A DNA stretch of 64,000 nt, taken from assembly GCA_010093605.1 (NCBI GenBank), contig MU004199.1, positions 372,001 through 436,000 of the forward strand, given 5' to 3'. Below are positions 1 to 13,251 of this stretch, piece after piece. This stretch comes from Lophium mytilinum. Its lineage: Eukaryota. Both the position numbers and the translations under genes were made by a program. A model generated the notes under the pieces. It did no database searches, was not told the DNA's origin, and worked only from the letters and a program-made list of their open reading frames with translations. Within the stretch, counting starts at the first letter, position 1; each line of letters opens with the position of its first letter.

Positions 1-471
1 TGTCGAAGCAATGAATAGGTTGGCAGTGCTTGTCTCCTCGCAACTTGATTTGAAGTGCGTTGCTTTAGTGCTTGTGACAGGGTTTCGGACGTCAGACGTC
101 GACAAAATAAAGGCCCTCGAGCCGTCGAGGACCAGCACCAGGCTAATCACTCAACGGCCCGTAGGCCCCCCGCTTTGCACCCGGGGGAGGAGGGTAGCTT
201 AACCTTTTTCAACTACCGAGACGGGGGATGACGGCCCCGTGGAGAGAAAGCGTTATGGCGGAAATAAGTCCATGGGAGGATTGTGTGGTGAAGAAGCGTG
301 ACCGATCATCCCAAAGCGTGCGTGACCCAGGGAGAGAGAACAGCTTTCCTTGCAGTTGGGCCCGACCCAGACCACCTCGAGCCTTTCGGCATTACGCCTA
401 CTTGGCACCCGAGGGGCGAGGCCGAAGCTTACCTACGAAGTACTTACCCCCTCTCTCCCCAAACACCACAA

Positions 472-1365
472 CTAGTGGGTGCTCCGCCACTGCCCCAAGA
501 ACGCCGGGACTGCTCTTGTCGATAGATCTAACAAGGCGGCAGCAAGACGGGCCTCGAACTCGTCTTCTGGAAGGTCTAACTGCGAGACGTAATCCGGCCA
601 CCGTGGGCTGAAGTTACTTGGTCCTGTAAAAACAGCAGAATGAACTAGGCATTCGATAGCCGCGGCCCACTCGGCGTACTGCGGGTCGTTTTTCGCAACG
701 TCACGAAGCGTCGTACCTAATGCCCGTATACCCAGAACTGCTGTAAAATGGTCTGAAGCTCCTTCCCCCATTCTTGGTAGCACATAAACCGGCTTGTTGT
801 TACCAAATTGGGCCGACGAGGGGTCAAAAATGACGGGAATGTCTTCGATTTTCAACCAAAAGGCCAAGGCGTTGTGGGAGGTGACGCCTTGTTCTTTGAC
901 AACGTGCCCTTGGACCAGTCGGGGTCTGTAGATTGACTTGGCGTTGACTAAGACTTCGGCCGATTCATCTACATCTTGTCCAAGCAAGGCGGCCAAAGCT
1001 TCTCCCAGAACTGCCACTAGAAAGTCACACTGCGAGGTAGACAGGACGGCTCTCTTCAAGAAAGAGTTCTTTGTTTCTTGAAGTTGGGCGGGCAAAGGGT
1101 AAATGTCGAAGCCGATGACTGGCGAGGAGCCGGGGCGGAGGTGTCTTTCCAAAAATCGGTCGCCGTTGTTTTCGGTCTTAAAATTGACGCGGAGGATGTC
1201 TTCGCAGTTCACCCCTTCGAGGACCGTCAGGCCGATAGCGTGCACCACACGCACAGCACGGAGAACGCGCTTCAAGGCAGGTTTATCCTCACAGCGACAG
1301 GCGGAGGCGCGGCGAGGGTGACAGATTGGGCACTGCGAGGGTAGCGAAAAGCCGTAGACAGGCAT
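472..1365 (-). CDS. Cys-His-Asp (transglutaminase/papain-like) family member TG1, intronless, N-terminal Cys cluster
   Basis: ORF 472..1554; likely ATG 1365 (MPVYGF). Motifs SQCDFLV, SHNALAF, IFDPSSAQFG; N-terminal CPICHPRRASACRC. Confidence 0.75.
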   Translation of the reverse strand: MPVYGFSLPSQCPICHPRRASACRCEDKPALKRVLRAVRVVHAIGLTVLEGVNCEDILRVNFKTENNGDRFLERHLRPGSSPVIGFDIYPLPAQLQETKNSFLKRAVLSTSQCDFLVAVLGEALAALLGQDVDESAEVLVNAKSIYRPRLVQGHVVKEQGVTSHNALAFWLKIEDIPVIFDPSSAQFGNNKPVYVLPRMGEGASDHFTAVLGIRALGTTLRDVAKNDPQYAEWAAAIECLVHSAVFTGPSNFSPRWPDYVSQLDLPEDEFEARLAAALLDLSTRAVPAFLGQWRSTH

Positions 1366-1727
1366 AGTTCTGGAAAAAGGCAGAATCTTGCGGACGTCGC
1401 AGAAGAGCTGGAAGAATTTTGAAGCTGAAGAAAATGAGACTTCGCACTTACGAGACATGATATACTCGGAAAATTCAAGTGAAGGTGGAAAGAAGCTAAC
1501 CAGTTTAGTTAGGCAGGCACTGATGAGTGAAGGCTTCTCGTGCAACTTCCGCAAACATGGCCTAGAAGCGAGGCGAGCCCGTTGTATTCAGGTTGATGGA
1601 TATATGCGCGTAATTGGAATTGGCCAGATTGGAGAGATTGCGGCGGAGATTACTTGAGAGCCACGGTGGAAGTGGGCAAGCCCTACTTGTAGGAGTTCGT
1701 AGTTTCCGTGGTGCTGTTTCGTTGAGC

Positions 1728-2049
1728 TTAGCTGGTTTGAAACGATCCACGATGAACTGGCTTCTCATTCTCTAGATGCCTTACTAAGTCGGCTTCGGTA
1801 CCAGTGGAGCTACCATCCATACCCGAAAACGGAGTAATGCTGGTCAAAGTAGTGTTTGGGAAGTCCATACGCAAGTTTATGCCGGTCGTCTGCAAGCCTT
1901 GAGCACCATCCTTCCGCACGTAGGACTAAGATCCTTCAGTGCCGGGAAGTGTTCATAGTGAAGGTGTTCCACCACTTGCAGTTCAATCTCTGTAGCAGCC
2001 TGGTGAGCAAGGGGATTGCGGGATGAGCTGGGTCTCGGGGGTGCGGCAT
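1728..2049 (-). pseudogene. possible F-box-like gene relic
   Basis: ATG 2049 gives MPHPRDPAHPAIPLLTRL. Restoring one base (~1995) continues as (P)TEIELQVVEHLHYEHFPALKDL, which resembles the F-box starts of the neighbours (LVTLPIELLVEIAQYL). No downstream body was recognised. Confidence 0.35.
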
Positions 2050-2721
2050 GACCATGAAGTGTGGCACTGAAGGTTATGTGGTTAGTCGTGCCCCGGGCAA
2101 CAAGAAAGGTGACCTTTCACATTGCCCTTTACCCCGCTACGGCAGGCTACCTAACTATATATGTGCTGTTATTTGGACCGTCTTTCGCCCTCACCACCGT
2201 GGTGAGGGTGGTATTGAAACAGTGCTAACGTCCATCATAGTAACATGCTGGGTTCGAGTCCCGAGCAGGCGGTATCCGCCTAGAGTCCTAATGAGGAAAA
2301 CTTTTTTTGCTAATCTTTCTGTCTATGTGGCTCTATTTGTTGGCGTTGTGGTGTTTTGCTATTGTTATTTGAAGTTGCGGATTGCTGCTGCTGTTTGGGT
2401 GAGTGGAGACGGACGTGCGGTGGTGTTGTAGGTAGCGAGCTGGGGCCCCAGTCTTGATAAACACCCGTCCGTAGCTGCCAGCATCGTCACCTGCCAGCAT
2501 CAGTACGCTAGTTCTATTACTAGATGAAGTGTTCTTGACGAACGCGTTGTCACGGAAGATCTCAGTTCAGAGAAAAGTCTCGGAAGACTACTATTTCGGA
2601 GTCCGATTTATCATTTACAGAAAATTGGCACAGTCTTGTTTAATGACTCTTTGACAAGGACATAATCCGACCCACCCTCTTTGAAAAACATCTTTTGTAC
2701 AACATGCGGATTGATGCCGAT

Positions 2722-4379
2722 CTACCACTCGATATGCTGGTCCACCTTGTCGTCTAATTCAGCAATCACCTGCCATTCTCTTGCATCATCCCTCTTCTTC
2801 ATCTCCTCCCTCTCCTCGACCTCCTCTGCTTCAGCAAGCAGTCCCTTCTCTGCGAGAATCTCTTTGAATCTCCAAGAGTTCAGAAACTCCTCCTGAACGA
2901 CGATGAAACCCTCTTCGCTTCCCTTCTTTCCCACCATATATCCCGTCACATACTCGGCGTATGCGGGATGGCTGAACTCCCGGTAGATAGGTAGGGCTTT
3001 CTCCTCATAATCAGGTGGCGTTGGCTTTTCTTGGTATGCCACGCTAAGTCTGGTGAAGGAGACCTTTTTCAGGCAAAGAAATTGGCTGAGCAGGCTGATG
3101 ATATCCGTCCACGATCCCCACTCCGACGCCCCCCTGGGCATACCATGAGCCGCAGAGCAGATTTAAATGTAAGGCGTCGGGAGTTACGGGAGCTCGAAGG
3201 GAGACGTTGCGCAATGTTAGGCTTTCTAAGGACTGAGCGAGTGTCCGAAGGCATTTGAGCAGGGCAAGCTGACTTGTGTTGACCTCCAAAATGAGCTTGC
3301 GAAGGGCTGGCCATTCCTTGACCGTCATCAAAACGTCTTGGGCCTCCCATAGCTCGCACTCTTCATGTCCGTGCATGTATTTTTGCCCGGTGGGCCCAAA
3401 TCCTTTGCACGTGAAAGCGAGTTCCTTAAGCGAGGAGCTGGCTGATATACAAGCGCCAACCTGGGCGGCGCATCGCTCACCTTCCCATGTTGTTAGACGC
3501 AGCACTGTCAAGGCAGAGAATACTGTGTGCAGCCGCGCGGTGATAGGAGCAACCCAGAATTCCCATCCGTTCGTGGTAAGTTCAAGATATTGGAGAGGGG
3601 TGGCAGGTGGAGAGTTTGCCAGCGTACGGAGGAGGGTGATCACGCGGACATAGCCTTCTGTGCGGTGGCGGAGTTCGAAGGTTTTTGGGGCTTGACGCCA
3701 TATCATATGATCCATTTCCATATCGGGGATAAAGATTCCCATCGGCTGTCGCCGCCACGTATTGGGCGTGAGCAGGATGTCTTGTTCGTATCTCTCCCAG
3801 AAAGGAGAACTGTCGTCCGCTTCATTGTACGCGATTATTGAGATGCCCTGGAGCTGGATGAGCTTCTGAACAGCGCTATCGAGCTTGCGGGCGGCGTCGG
3901 TGGCGTGAACAGCGCTGCTAGCGCGTGAGGGCAGGAATCGCGATTCTAAGGCTGCATACTCAGTGTAGGTCTGATAGTAGCTCTCGAGCTCTGAGTCTGA
4001 TTAAGTCGGTCAGCAAACGGCAAATAGTGTCTATGAGCTTAAGGAACTGCCCACCTCCAAGCTGATACCCGTCTTTCTTCACGGCCACAGTCCACTCTTT
4101 GAACCCGACGTAGTCGAACGGCTTCTGGCCATGAAAGACCAGCCGCTTGACGAGAGGTGCCAGATCTGGGTCCTGAGCGATCTTCATGAACCAATCGAGG
4201 GAAGGGTGTACGAAAGCAAGATGAACCTCTTCAAAGACGACGCTGTCGACAATTGCGCGCAGCTTCTTACGACAACGGCGGAGGCTCTTCAAGGTCACGG
4301 TGTCGTCCTGCAGATACCGTGCGATTTCTAGCAGAATCTCGGCCGGGCAGCCGAGCAAGGAGGCCTCCGGTTTGTTCAT
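2722..4379 (-). pseudogene. F-box-like/LRR-like protein FB1 with one frameshift (pseudogene or homopolymer error)
   Basis: N-terminal LLGCPAEILLEIARYL. Intron 4054-3997 (GTGGGC..GCTGAC..CAG). Exon 2 runs into ORF 3044..3742; the paralogue-like C-terminus (WGSWTDIISLLSQFL) is in ORF 2722..3141. Removing one base from the C6 run at 3129-3134 fuses them. Confidence 0.7.
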
Positions 4380-4949
4380 CGTAGAAGTGGTTGAGTGGTG
4401 TTATGGTATTTGCGCGGTGATGGCGAGCGTAGGTCGACCGACGAACGCGCTGAGCGTTGCTTGTGCTCGGTGAATGCCTCGCTCCCGTGCCGCTGCAGTT
4501 CGGCAAGACGAACGCGAATTCAATAGCTACGTAGCTAATTATAGAACGTCTCAAAGATATACTTCATACCTGTTTGGATTCCCCTTTGACTTATGTCGCC
4601 ACAAGATTGCATATAAGATGCACCTCACAGCGTGGTTGCACGCAAACGTCACATTAGTAAATTCCCAGGCCCCGTAATTTTGCTTTGTCTTTGGAATATC
4701 GATATCATCAATTTTTATTAGTTATGGAGTACCCTATCACCTTAAGCTACTCTTCATTAAGTGTCTGCTAAAGTTCCGATCTTGAGAGCTACAGCAAAGC
4801 AGGGGGTCCTCCATCAGAGTTCGTTAGAGAAAGGCAAAATTGCAAGTTAGCCCATCATCCCGAATTCGTAGTCTGAACCCCCCCTTACTCCCTCCTGTGC
4901 CTGCCCACTTTGTAAGACTCTGGACCACAGTGTAGAGCTTTCTCCATGA

Positions 4950-6488
4950 TCAGTCAGTGTCCCAACCGTCCGATCCTTCGGCAAGGCCTCGCAAGGGTTT
5001 GGAGATCACCCACTGCCGCTGGTCGACCACGAACTCCTCCGTACTACCTCGCTTCCGAAGCACGTAGTCTTGCACGTAGTTCTTCCATCGCTGGTACACA
5101 AACTGCCAGCAGCAGATCTTCCGGTGGCGTGGATCATGCAGCTCGTAGAGATTTACGAAAGAAACATCAGCAAGCGTGAGGATCTTGCTGATTTCCGTGA
5201 TTGTGTGCTCCCACGAGCCCCACGTCAATGCCAGCTTTTTCCAATCTGGATCTTCTTCTTCTTCTTCAACTAGCATGGTCACTGCATCAGCTAGTTCGTT
5301 CGAGAGAGGCCGTAGAAACACATTTCGGAGGTTGAGGGTCTTCAGAGAGGTTTTAAGCGAACGACATGCTTTCAAAAGGGCCGGTTGGCTGGTCTGAATA
5401 TCCAGGGTGAGCTTTGTCAGAGCAGGCCAATGTGTGATGTAATGTAGAACATCAAAGAGCGAATGGTATGTCTGCCAGCTGATTATGCTCACAGGGCCGA
5501 CGGATTTGGCCCGGAGATGGAGCTCCTTGAGCTGCACGCACGCTGTTATGCAGGCGCCCATTTCTGGGGCGTCCAACCCAATTTGCCACGCCGTAACATC
5601 TAGTACAACCAGATGTGCGAACAGAGGAGCAGATTGTCGAATGATAGTGTTTTTCCAAAGCTCACCACCAGCAGTAGTAAGCTTGAGGCGGCTTAGGCGG
5701 TCTGGCAAGTTGCTGAGAGCTTGTAGAAGGCTGGCTATGAGAGCATACCCTTCTTCGCGTCCTTTGTGCTCATGGAACGCATCGTTATTGATTGACGCCT
5801 CCGCAATTGTCGAAAATCCATTTAGTGCGCGCCAGTTTGCGGGAGTGACCCCTATTTTCTTGCCGTATTTGCGCCAGAAGTTTGAGTTGTTGTCGCCGTC
5901 TTCGTATGACACGACACGCACATCGGAGAGGTTGACCAGCTGTGCGATGCCGGCTTCGAAGCTCTCGCGAGCTTGTGCGGCCCCAGGAAGCGTAGAGCTG
6001 AGGGAGTTGAACTTCAGGCTGTCGATGAACTGAGCCTGGGTAGCAGCGTAGGCGGCGTACCGGAAGTACATCTTCTGATTCTCTGCTTCTGTTGTTGGTT
6101 GTTAGTTTTATAAGTTTCAAGCACGTCGGTTCTACGTACCTGATAACTGAAGGCCTGCTCTCTGAACAGCCTTCAGCCAATCCTCTGACGACTCTTGCGT
6201 GATCATTTGCCCGTGAAGGACCACGCGCTTGACCATCCGAGCAAAGTGTCCGTTCGAGGCGATCTTATCCAAGTTCTTGAGCGAGCGCGGGATCAGCGCG
6301 ACGTGGGCCTCTTCGAAAAGAGCAGTAGCTGCCACATTTGCGAGTTTCTTGCTGCCCAGCCGCAGATTTCCCAGGGCGGCGACGTCGTCTCCTAGTTGGT
6401 AGGCAATTTCGAGGATCAGCTCCTCTGGGATGCAAAGCAAACGCGGCTCTGCGGCCTTCGCGTGCAGCACCGGGAAAATTGGGGCCAT
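4950..6488 (-). CDS. F-box-like/LRR-like protein FB2
   Basis: ATG 6488; LLCIPEELILEIAYQL; intron 6139-6089 (GTACGT..CTAAC..CAG); exon 2 in frame with ORF 4950..6071; shares LTTAGGE.W, WP.L.KL.L and L.LRNV with FB1/FB3. Confidence 0.8.
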
Positions 6489-7198
6489 ACCGTGCTTGTT
6501 GGAGGTGGAGAAGGTGCTGTGTTGTGGTGGGGGACGGGCAGTCCTATCAGCGCAGCGCGGGGCACCGAAGCAGTGAATACATTGTTCTATTACCGCCATA
6601 TATCAGTACCGTAGCCCTACAAATACGATACTATGACACATACCTAGAAATAGCACTACTTCGGCTTCATTATTGCTCAAGTATTACCACTGTAAGGTTT
6701 ACCCTAGCTAGTAGGTATTTCCTTCGTCAAAAGGTAGCCTAATACCCACTACGTTCGCCTCTATCTTATAGAGACTAGTCATATGTCTATAAACACCAGT
6801 CTGCCACTGTTGTGGGTATGTCTATGAGTTGTCTGTAGTTGAGGCGCGATGTCAACGCTTGCGCATCGCATTTTGAACTGCATCTTGACTGGACGGCTTT
6901 GTGCCCATGAAGCCGCACCTGACAGTGGTATCTAGCTTCCAAAAGCGGCACCAATTTGCGAAGGTTCGAGGTGATCTAGTAATATCCTTCGCTTGTAAAC
7001 GTATTACCAGCCTGTGTAGTTAAAAAGACGATCAAGCCCTCAATTTGGTGATTTTCCTTCGAATTGACTGGTGAGAAACACAATTCAGTAAGCATCGTCT
7101 ATAGAAGGAGCTTCATGGCCTTGCATTATCTATCTGATTTTCGACAATAGTGATGAGCTCTTCATATGAGCCCCTGAGAGCCCTGATAGCGCTCCAGC

Positions 7199-8858
7199 CT
7201 ACCCTTGGCCTTCATTGGACGATTCGGCCCCCTCGATGTCCATAGGTTGATCGTTCTCAGCCTCCTGTGCAATCGCCGGTGTACCCAGAAAGGAATCCAG
7301 GAAGCTCTCCTGGTCAGCGTTGAACCAGTCTGTGTTGCCTTTCCTCTCCAAGACATATTTGTTCACGTATTGGATGTACATTGGGCTCGTGAAAACACGA
7401 AACACGGTCGCTGCAGGGTTGGAAACGCTGATCTCGCCGAGATTGCTGAGCTCGACCTCTCTCAGAGATAGTATGCAGCTGAGTTGCTGAATTGTGGCGG
7501 CCCAGCACCCCACATTCTGAGCTGGGCGTACTGGCAGGTTCCGATCACACAACGTCTTCCAATCCTCTCTGGTTGCAGTAGGTAGGAGGCGAACATTGTG
7601 CAGTCTCAACCTTTCCAAGGAGCCGGAGAGTTCCTTGAAGCACTCCAGAAGCGATGACTGGCTTGCATCAATCTCGAGGCCGAGCTTGCGTAGTCGAGGC
7701 CATGGCTTCACACTCGCCAGAATGTCCTTGTGTGGCCACGTATCCTGGACCGTATCGTTGATGACACGGTGGGCGAGCTTGGCGTGAAGATTCAACTCCC
7801 TGAGCACCGTACATGCCGAGATGCAGTCCGCGATCTGCGTAGCACATCTGTCGCCTTTCCACACCTGGAGGTCGAGCTTGGTCAAAGTCGCAAATACCCC
7901 GTAGAGTTTTGGGATCAGCGGTGGGCCCTGGGGCCGGCTGTTCTCGTTGACTCGCTGGCACCAGAACTCCCCGCCGGCCGTCGTGAGTTGCAGACCGCGG
8001 AGGCTAGTTGTAGAGGTATCTACTGATCGAAAGAATGAGGTGAGCAATATGGCGCCTTCTGTACGGCCACCGATGAGGCCGGGGTAGACCATCGTCGCAT
8101 CCCACCGAATGGTGCTCAGCATCTGTCCCTCGGTAGTTTCGCTATCGCCCAGCTCCCCCAAAAATCCTCGTCGCCACGTTGCGGGTGTAAGGAATATCTC
8201 CTCTTTGACCTTGTTCCAGAAGGGAGAGTGGTCATCGGCCTCATCGTAAGCCGTCAAGACAACCTCTTGCAACCCGGCAAGCCGGGCGATCGCGAGATCA
8301 AAGTTTTGGTATATCTTCAGTTCCGCTGGCTCAATGCCATCGAACATACCCTGGTTAATCATGAAGAGCTTTCGATTGGCATCTGCGTAGGAGCGGTAGA
8401 TTTCGAAGGATTTCTCTTGCGTCCCTCCTATTGTGGTCAGTCAACAAGCTTGGGATCACAGAGAAATGCGACAACATACGTGGAACCTGAACGCCGACTC
8501 TCTCCAGAGCGATACGCCATCCTTTCATGGCCACGTAGCTAGGCGGCACTTGACCGTGGAACACGACCTTACGGACCAACGGGGCAAGACTGCGCTGGAA
8601 GGCGATCTTGGTGAAACGTTGTATCGACCCCGGATAGAGAGCTAAGTGTAGCTCTTTGAAGAGTACCATTGCACCAGCTTCCGCGAGGGATCTCGAGCCC
8701 CGGCGAAGGTTTCTCAGATCCTCAAAGTCATCTTGGAGATACTGGGCAATTTCGACTAGGAGTTCGATTGGCAGGGTCACTAGAGTCGGAGGGGGCGGCG
8801 CAGGGAGGGAGCGGAGCTCCTTGTTAAGGGCCAATAAAACGGATGCTGAGGATTTCAT
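7199..8858 (-). CDS. F-box-like/LRR-like protein FB3
   Basis: ATG 8858; LVTLPIELLVEIAQYL; intron 8479-8428 (GTATGT..CTGAC..TAG) joins in frame to ORF 7199..8362. Confidence 0.8.
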
Positions 8859-9189
8859 GCTCGGGGGATGGAGGCCTGGACTTTTGTGGAGGTGTGGCTG
8901 AGGGTGCAAGATTCGGAGGTGTGGTGTGGTGGGATTGCAGGTCGAAGCTCGGACTGGGAGTGTAATAACGAAGTCAACTAGGCCTTAAGGCGCTGGTCCA
9001 GATCGGTGCGTGCACATGCCTAGGAACGAGGAGACTATAAGATCAATAATTTTACCAGTGGAGATTCCCCCCGCCTTTTCCGTTTCGTGAAATGGATCGC
9101 TGCGGCGCTGTTCTGGCGTTGAGAGTCGCGCAGTGCGATGTGCTGGGAGTAGTTGATTTTGACATTCACCCCTGAATAATTTAATATAT

Positions 9190-9830
9190 CCAAGGGACGC
9201 CGTACGGTGGCAGTAGCATGCCAAAAAGACGAATGTAGAGGTAGCGCAATTTTGGACTGGGTAATCTTAACGCTTGCTGCTGGGTATTTGGGGCAATCAG
9301 GGGACTTTGTACGATGGCAACTGCATGGCAAAAGGACAAATACAGAGGGAGTGCAATTCATGCCCCGGCGCCCTTGACATCCACTTCGAAGATTTCAGAA
9401 TTATTATGGGACTTCGCACGACGGTAACTGTATGGCAAAAGAACGAATACACAGGGAGTGCAACTCCACCCTCGGCGACCTTCACATCCACTTCTAAGTA
9501 TTTACGATAATCAGGGGACTCCATATAGTGGCAACTGCATGGTAAAAGAACAAATATAGATTGAGTGCAATCCCGGCCTCGGCCACCTTGGCATTCACTT
9601 CTGATTATTCTAGGACAACTAGGGGACTCTGTACGATGGCAGCTGTATGGCGAAGGGTTGTATGCGGAGGGAGTGCAACTGCGGCCTAGCGAATCCTAGC
9701 ATCTGTTTCTGAGTATGCTTGGGTAGTCATATGACTCCATACGATGGCACCTCAATGTCAAAGGGATGTTGAGCCATAGATACAGTTTGAACACCTCAAA
9801 CTTTGGCATCCTAGTCCAGTTATTTGGCAG
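9190..9830. repeat. degenerate tandem repeat, ~107-bp unit, ~6 copies
   Basis: GGGACt..gtacgatggcaactg.atgg.aaa..GAGTGCAA recurs at 9194, 9301, 9408, 9515, 9623 and ~9730. Confidence 0.8.
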
Positions 9831-10437
9831 TGCCAGAGGACTGCAGACGGTATTAATCATCGCCCAAACCCTCGTGATTCCGCCTCCTACAATGTGAACC
9901 GCGTTGACTATGACATTGACTCTGCTACTTTTGGCGGCACTGTGGGAGTCCTAGCAGTGACAGCCCTACAGCACAAGGAAGCCTGCACTAGCCTGATGTT
10001 GGACCGTTCTTGGAGGTTGTCCCGATTTCAGGCTGCGTACATTCAGTTCTAACATCACATGAAGCAGTGATTCCAACAAAGAGACTTCAGTCCCCGGCAT
10101 AAAGCCAGAAAACCAATGCCCCCTTCTTGCAAGCGACACCAGCCGGTACGCCCCCTAGTCTGCGTGGCCTGGTTAGCCCGTGTACCCGTCAGACTTCCGC
10201 CCCTCTTTCCGCCTCTTCTCCTCGAACGTCTTAAAGGCCCAGCACCAGCTGCCCGTCCGCCGGCGCCTTCAGATACGCCTTGCCCCCGTTGCCCGCCCCC
10301 AACGTGGCCCCCCTTCAGCAGCACGCTTCCAGGACACACCACGTGGGTTAGAAGCGCGGGAGGCGAAGGTTGAGTATCACAGCGCCGGCGGATGGCGTAC
10401 TGGGCTCACCATGCGTGAGCTCTCCACCCCTCGTCCT

Positions 10438-11278
10438 TCACGCCTGCCAGTCCTTCGCCGTATCCTCCGCGCACCATCGGGCGATCTCCAGCAGTTCTTC
10501 TGTTCCTTGTCGGGCCTCGTCTGCCGGAAGATCCACAAGTTCGTGGATGCTTCTGAGGCCTTGTCCTGCGAGCGTTATGCGGAACCAAGCAAACAGGCGG
10601 TAGCGGAGGTCGTCGAATATCCCACGAGCACGGTCGAAACGCGAGGTTGGGTCCAGGGGCACACACCCGATGTCCAAAGTTCCGGGGGCTTGGTGCTGCT
10701 GGCGGTACTCTTCCTCCCGAATCCAGGCGTCTTTGAACCCGAATTGGCTTCTGGTCAAGTCCAGGATCCACGAACCGTGACCAGGGATTGTGACTCTTAC
10801 GACGGTGTGTGGGTAGGATGTCTGGCCCTCGTAGCTGTCTTCGCCCCAGACGACAGCAACTTGTTCTGCTATGACGCCCATCGAAAGAAGTTCGACTTGC
10901 ACGTTGTCCTCGCCTCCTACGTACATTTGTTAGTATTTATAAGCATATCGTATGGCATAGACAGCCATAAGAAGACGTACCTTGGACTATATCCATCAAA
11001 ATCTGCCCCATGACTTGTGGCGCGTCGTCGCAAAGATCGCGGTTCAGGATGGCTGGGCAGGCTGGCAGCGATCCCTCTCCCCACGGCCCCGTCCCAGGTC
11101 CAGAGGAAGCTGGCCATCTGGTCTCCCCATTGGCTACGAGGAGGCACATTTGCGGCAAGTCAGCTAGGATCCATGGGTCGATGTTGTGAGGGTTTATGGT
11201 TTCCAGGACACTTTGCCAGGCTTCGTCAACAATCCTCATAACTCGTTCCCAGTGCTCGGCGTCGAATGGAGAAGACAT
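10438..11278 (-). CDS. Cys-His-Asp family member TG2
   Basis: ATG 11278 (MSSPFDAEHW); DLCDDAP; intron 10980-10917 (GTACGT..CTAAC..TAG); PHTVVRV, ILDLTRSQFG. Confidence 0.85.
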
Positions 11279-12327
11279 CTTGCTTGTAAGTGCGCGAGGA
11301 TGTCGAGGAATAAGTGCGTTGCTGATGCTGCTTGTGAGGCTAGTCGTCGCGGTTGCTGCTGTTTGAAGCAGTTCGGAGGCGGTGCGCCACAATAAAGTCG
11401 GCACGGACCCTCCACAATTGGGACACCTTCACCTCGTAGCTCAACATTGACCAGGGACAGTGAATATTACGTTAGGATTGCTCATGAATGACATCATTGT
11501 GAACACTTTTGAACCCCTTTGGTAGCCTTCACTCGAGAGGGATGTCTCGTAAAGCAGTGGCATCGACCTAGGCACATCTTATAGTACTATGCCTCAAATA
11601 TAGGCACACGTACTTGTTACCGCTCAGTTCTGATCCTGCTCGCTCAATACTACGATCAGGGGGTTCCTATGAGAGTCAGCCAACTGGTCAGACGGTGATT
11701 CATTCTCCATTGCTAGAAAAAAAGATGAGCATATAGATATACCACCGCTCCTATCTTAATCTTGCTCATTTATTGCCACTGTCCGGAGGACCCCAGTTAC
11801 CAAGCACCTAGCTGGCCAAGGAGCAGTCTGATCTCCACTGCTTGAGGTTTGACATCGTGCCTAGACTTCTGAAAATCATGGGGGTACCCCAATCACTGGC
11901 GAACGGGTCTGCACAGGCTTCTAGCCCGTCTCTGTACGAAGAGCCATCTTTGGACGACTTTAGACATCTCACGCATTTAGTATCCGCGTGGTATGGCCCG
12001 TCGCTGTGCTCGACTAGTAAGTCAGAGAGACCTTCAAATGCTTCACGATGCCGGCATCATGCGAGCGTCAGTGACGTGATATGAGCGTGCGGCTAGCGGG
12101 ACTGGCTCGGCACTGCGTCCAGGCGCTAGAATAGGTGAAGAATGTGTTCCCCATAGTCGAGATACAAGAGTTGAGATGGAACCCCTCATTGTGGCCGTCA
12201 AAATTCAAATGTCTTGGCGCCACGTGAAGTTGATCAAAACAGAGCGCACGCACGCCTTCCACCAACCGGCAACATAACACACAGCGTCGAACCGCATACT
12301 CACATAATCACTTCAAGATCCTTCAAA

Positions 12328-13251
12328 ATGCCTGCTTTCACCGCCATTCCAACCCCCAGCGCCGCCCACTTCGAACGCATCGTCAAGCAGTTCGTCGAGC
12401 CGGCCTGGCAGCAAGTCGCGGGCGCCATCTTCAACGTCGTCGTCACGTCCTGTCAGGAGCAGCCGGAGAAGGAGAGGAGAATGTGCATAGGAGTAAGAGG
12501 CCGTCGCTTTGCCTCGCGACGCGTGCTGAAGGTAAAGGGCAAGGTCGTGGGTGTTGGGCGTGGGAAGAACACCGCCGTGGGCCTGACCGAGGAGGAGCTC
12601 AAGGCCATCCTCAACTACAACGCGTGTGAGGCCGCACCAAAGATCTTGGGACCGATCGTAGAGAAGATCTTCCAAGGTATGCCATCGTCCCTACTGTCTG
12701 TGTAGTTGATGGGGCCAAAGATGCTAATTACTGCCATAGACTACGCCAAAATCGAAGTCGCCACGATGCCCGTCGGCCCCCGCCTCGTCGTCCAGTATCC
12801 CGAATTCGAGGACGAGGACTTCTACCTCCACTGCGTCTTCAAGATCACGTTCAAGAACGGAGAGGTCTGGTTTTTGGACCTGACGTACAGCCAGTTCGGC
12901 TTCGACTCCTGCTGGACGCCAGAGCGGGAGTACCGTACCCTCTACCAGAAGAGGGGGGTAGGTGCGGAGAGAGACAGCTGCCGCCCCGTAGGACAGAACT
13001 ACGGGATGTACCCGCCTGAGGAACCGGAAGACCGCCGCCGCCTCAATGACCATTTGCGAGAGTCTTTGAACTTTGACTTCTCGTTGTTTTGCCTCGAACA
13101 CGACAAGAACATCCACCAAATCGTCAACGACGGGGGAGACAATGGCCAAGAACTCAAGGCCTTGTTGGAAGACCTGGGAGAGTGTGCGGACAACGCGGTG
13201 ACGCACTGTAGGGAGGTCGAGATGGCAATGGCGGATCTCGCGCATGGTTGA
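12328..13251 (+). CDS. Cys-His-Asp family member TG3
   Basis: ATG 12328; NACEAAP; intron 12677-12739 (GTATGC..CTAAT..TAG); LHCVFKI, FLDLTYSQFG. Confidence 0.85.

Noticed and set aside
10180..11013. 277-aa plus-strand ORF
   Set aside because: Antisense shadow of TG2 with no motifs.
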